Below are positions 59,437-64,000 of a DNA stretch of 64,000 bases, in pieces. Every line of letters begins with the position of its first letter. Within the stretch, counting starts at the first letter, position 1. Under the pieces are notes generated by a model. The model did no database searches and had not been told where the DNA came from. It saw only the letters and a program-made list of their open reading frames with translations. Position numbers and translations under genes: made by a program. This stretch comes from Yuukianura sp. NJ FZ-2021 (taxonomy: Eukaryota), in NCBI GenBank assembly GCA_046563655.1, contig CM102287.1, forward strand, positions 930,001 through 994,000, given 5' to 3'.

Positions 59437-60016
59437 TTACTTGTTGGAATGCGATACTCCTGCAGCCCCTGCACCGCCGTGTGACATCTGTCTCTCTAGA
59501 TCCTGGAGCTCCAAGATATCCGACTTAAACTTCAGTTTTAATATTTCCCGAAAAATTTCCTCATGGTGTTCGGGTACAGTGATGCCCATTCGCTCCAGGG
59601 CTGATACGTTCATCCGGAGCAAGATTCTTCCATTCACATTGTTCTGGATCAAAATCAAATGAAATCATGATTGCGCAGTTTTAGTTAATCAATCATGTCA
59701 CAAACATCAATATCCTCTACTTCAAAATACTTGCCTCGTGAAAGACATGAGAGTATCTTTCCCCCAAGTCTCCGCAGTGGCGCTCGAACCATAGAACTAC
59801 TTCCTGGATTGTCCAAAGCGCCGGAGGACGAGGACGAGCACGCGTCGTTGCGCTCTTAAAAAAGAATGAAAAAAGCACTGGATAAGAATAATTTTTAATC
59901 AGTTTTTAGTTAGGTTGTTCAGTATTTTTGATTACCCTGTTGGGCTTGGGACTGCGGCCCAGTCCTTCTTCCCCTCGCACACCAACACCGCCGCTACTAC
60001 CGTTCAAAATAACCAT
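59437..60016 (-). CDS. ave: Aveugle-like small SAM-domain protein, exons 60016-59936, 59854-59735, 59643-59437
   Basis: RPRP.ALWT..EV..W..RHC..Y...F...V.GR.LLRM...LERMGI..EI.REILKLK.KSDILE; second intron is GC-AG. Confidence 0.82.
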
Positions 60017-60703
60017 GGGAATATTCCAACAGTGAGAAATGAGCAATTAGTAGTTAAGAACGTGAAGGTCAAGGTTCAAGGATTCAGAACTTCAGAAACC
60101 AAAAACAAAAACTGTAAAATAAAAACCTCCAGAATGAAACCAAATGAAAAGGCTGTATATTCAAAATTAAGGATTACTGTTAATTAGCTGTTTAATTACT
60201 TACACTTCCAACGTAATCCAGAAGTTTCGACAAACACGATAAAGACTCATAAACAGTATGAAGCAACTATCCAGGCAGGAGGAGACATTCACGTTCATTA
60301 ATATTAAACTAATTCATAGTCTAAACTAACACTAATCAAGATGAGTTAAATAATTTTACTAGTATTTAGTTTCAGTTCAGTTAGCCAAGTGTGTTCCGAA
60401 AATTCAAATTCTGTAAAACTAAAATGACAATAATATTCAAAAGTGTCAAATTTTTGTTTTTGATGATCAGGTGAAAAGTGCATGCTATACTACTGCTACG
60501 AGTACGCATTGACGTGTGTCCTCAGCTGGGCACTTATTTGAGCGCCTCTACTGGTATGGTCGGAAGGCGTCTTGTCTCCTTATCAGGATCAAAAACACTT
60601 TCAAGGAGAAAGTCATTTGGCCACTTGAAAGTTGTGCAAATTACGACGACGGCTTTAACGATTAATTTGGCACTCAAAATAGCGGTTGATCAGAGTAAAA
60701 CAC

Positions 60704-63297
60704 CTTTCACTAGTATAGTCTAATGTTTGTGTACAACAAGAAACACTTTTTTCAACATAACTTCCATTTTCCACCTTTAGATTTCAATTAAAATTAATTT
60801 TCAAAAGGAAAATTAAGGAGATAAGGAGATACAGAAAAAAATAAGGAAAAATGAAATAAGAAGAAACTTGGTGAAAAATAATGCAAAAAAAAGTGAAATT
60901 GGAAAGCTTTTAACAACCTTTGATTTTGTTGGGGCAAGAGAAAATGTGTGGAGAATTTGTGTTTTGAGAGTGGACGAAACACAATCTGAAAATAAAGTGG
61001 AGTCAACTCCTACAGACTCTCCCTGTTCTCAGCAACTTTCTGTGCTTTTCACACTCAAAAAATTCAAGTTATTCTGACGAAATGATGATGGAAAATCATC
61101 ACAAATGACTTTTTACACAAGAAAATTGTTACAACTGTCGTTTCTGTTTCTTTCCAAGGAAAAACCAGCAATTTCCGCATTAATTGGCCTTTTTAGCTCT
61201 GTTTTCGGATAAATAACATGAAAAATTCATTTTTAACTTTCATAAGAAAAGTACAAAGAAAGTTTGAGAAACAGAAGCAAAAAAAGTGAAATTGAAAAGT
61301 TTATAGAACTTTTACTTATAGATTTAAGAATCGAAACCGCATGCAGAAGATGTGAGTTTGGTGTTCAAAAACCAAAATAAAATTGAAGTGGAGTGAACTC
61401 CAACAGTTTCAGCCTGATCTGTGGAACTTTCTCCGTTTTTTCACTCAAATTGCTTGTTTCTTGGGGGTTTGGAGTTGGGATGGTCCCTCCATGTATTTTT
61501 TCCATTGCCACCCACTCCCTCCCCCACCATCCAACTCCAAAAGAGTAAAATCTTCCTTCGTCTTACTCCTTTCGTCTCTCATATAAAAGGGAAGCTCTAC
61601 AAATTCTTCTCATTCACTCTTGTGGTCTCGTTCGAGAAACGAGGGAACAGTTACACACATATTTCTTATGTAAACAAACAGCATATGTTTCTTCTTCAGT
61701 TATTTTTAATTGCCATCTCCAATTAACTCTTATTTTAGTTAATTAATCGATTGAATTATGAATCAAATGATTGAGGGAATGGATTCATCACATCATTAGA
61801 TTCATCACATCACGTTTAATTTTGAATTGGTGAAAAGATATTGGGGGGTTTGGAGTTGGGATGGTCCCTTCATGCATTTGTTCCATTCCCACCTCATTCT
61901 CTTCACCACCCCCCAACTCCAAAAGAGTAAAATACAAAGCAATCCTACTCCTTCCCTCTCTATATAAAAGCAAAACTCAACAAATTCTTCCTTTTCACTC
62001 AATCCGGTGGAACTTCCACTGTTCTCGTCCGCTTTGACCTTTGACCCTTCACTCAAGTTTTTCTTATGATAAGTCTTTGACCCAGAAGGTCATACAACTA
62101 GTATTAGTACATGTAATTTACTAGCTGGAATGCAGTGAAGCTTGCCTCAGTAAATTGTTTACAATGACATGAAACATCAATTCAAAATGAAGGGTGGCTG
62201 CAGGGATACGTTGATGAAACAAATAAATGTAAAACGTTTATTCCCTCTATCCATTCTGTAAACTTTAATTTAATTGAAAACAACTTTCACTATTGTAGTC
62301 CATATTTGCTCACAACAAGAAACAGTTTTTTCAACATAACTTTCATTTTCCACGCTTAGATTTCAATTAAAGTGAATTTTCGAATGGAAACTAAAATTAG
62401 AAAGAAAGTTGGTGAAAATAATGCAAAGAAAGTGAAATTGGAAAGCTTTTAACCTTTGATTTTGTTTCGATTTTGTTTGGAGAAGAGAAAATGTGCGGAG
62501 AATTTGTGTTTTGAGAGTGGACGAAACACAATCTGAAAATAAAGCGAGTTAACTCATACGGGCTCTCCCTGTTCTCAGCAACTTTCTGTGATTTTCACAC
62601 TCAAAAAATTCAAGTTATTCTGACGAAATGATGATGGAAAATCATCACAAATGACATTTTGCACAAGAAAATTGGTACGACTGTCTTTTCTGTTTCTTCA
62701 CAAGAAAAAAACAGCAATTTTGGCATTAATTGGCCTTTTTAGCTCTGTTTTCGGATAAATAACATGAAAAATTCATTTTTAACTTTCATAAGAAAAGTAC
62801 AAAGAAAGTTTGAGAAACAGAAGCAAAAAAAGTGAAATTGAAAAGGTTATAGAACTTTTACTTTAGATTTAAGAATCGAAACCGCATGCAGAAAATGTAA
62901 GTTTGGTGTTCAAAAACCAAAATAAAATTGGAGTGAACTCCAATAGATTCAGCCTGATCTGTGGAACTTTCTCCGTTTTTTCACTCAAATTGCTTGTTTC
63001 TTGGGGGTTTGGAGTTGGGATGGTCCCCACATGCATTTTTTCCATTGCCACCCACTCTCTCCCCCACCATCCAACTCCAAAAGAGTAAAATCTCCCTTCG
63101 TCTTACTCCTTTCGTCTCTCATATAAAAGGGAAGCTCAGCAAATTCTTCGCATTCACTCTTGTGGTCTCATACGAGAAATGAAAGCAGAGGAGACACAGT
63201 TTCCTTATGTAAACAAACAGCATCTGTCTCTTCTTCAGTTGTTTTTAATTGTCATATCCAATTAACTTTGCTTTTAGTTAATTAATCGATTGAATTA
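60704..63297. repeat. Duplicated ~1-kb non-coding block (60704-61758, 62284-63297) with a partial third subunit (~61840-62000)
   Basis: Long direct repeats visible by eye. Confidence 0.85.
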
Positions 63298-63314
63298 GAT
63301 TTGAATTCAGAGTC

Positions 63315-63921
63315 TATGAGGGCTACGGGTAAGGATGCTTCGGACCTTGCCCGTGCTCTCAAATAAACAAAAGAAAAACCAGAAACGGAAGCAACGATAT
63401 GTGGGCTACGAATTTATTCGTAGCTCATGACCTTAACACTACAATGGCCCACTAGGGCAAAAACAATGGGCCTGAAGGGCCTATAACCGAACCAATGAGG
63501 GAAGGGAGGGAAGGAAGCGGGTAACAGGCCAATACCTGGCCTATGACCACTAACTGGTCAGTGACCACTAACTGGTCATGACCACTAACTGGTCAGGGCC
63601 ACTAACTGGCCTCAAGTGGACGTAGAGCGTCCATTTGACCTTACGGTGACCCTTTGGCTGGCGGAAGAAGATGAAGAGGACAGGCACGGCGTGGCAGGAG
63701 GATCTGCTGCTGCTGCTGACTGCATGAGAGCTGGAATCCGAGTGAGTCGCTCGTGCAGCTCCTGCTTCTCCTTCTTCTTTTTTGAATTCGGGGAAGCGGG
63801 AAGCGGGGAAACACTTATGGGCATTGCCCTAACTTATCTTTTTAATTCTTTTTAACTATTTTATATTTTTAGCTTAGCTTATATTTTTAATTAGTTGTTA
63901 ATTGAGGATCATATCCTCACA
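63315..63921 (-). repeat. 3' LTR of Gypsy-like family B, preceded by a PPT (63922-63936)
   Basis: On the minus strand GGGGAGGGGGTGA then TGTGAGGATATG; AATAAA; far end CCTCATA; internal ~18-bp tandem repeat at 63543-63610. Confidence 0.78.
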
Positions 63922-64000
63922 TCACCCCCTCCCCGCATTGTAGCTTTGCTACAAAGAGAGGAAGACAAGAAAAACAAAGAAATTTTGAAATGAAAACAAA

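Overview
Eukaryotic, arthropod-like genomic DNA (short introns, TCAGT initiators, singed/Mlc2/aveugle-like genes); no prokaryotic features, RNA genes or CRISPR arrays seen. About 1-50 kb is a nest of mobile elements: Gypsy and L1/Tx1-like fragments (1-6.6 kb), a decayed spliced Polinton-type pPolB (8.4-13.2 kb), a Gypsy LTR retrotransposon carrying an intronless membrane-type matrix metalloproteinase between its PBS and gag (13.3-19.1 kb), and a largely reconstructible Polinton/Maverick (19.1-40.7 kb: protease, major capsid, core protein, penton, integrase, packaging ATPase, pPolB). That Polinton is interrupted by a BEL/Pao element, a short retroposon and a 6.3-kb mini-Polinton (AG...CT ends, ~1.17-kb TIRs, 6-bp TSD) that encodes only its own intact major capsid, penton and one small basic protein, a candidate capsid-encoding satellite. 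MITEs/foldbacks fill 41.8-49.7 kb. Host genes (fascin, Mlc2, a C2H2 zinc-finger protein, aveugle-like SAM protein) occupy 50-60 kb, then a tandem duplication and a Gypsy LTR. All calls come from motif reading by eye; no database searches were run, so novelty is unverified.
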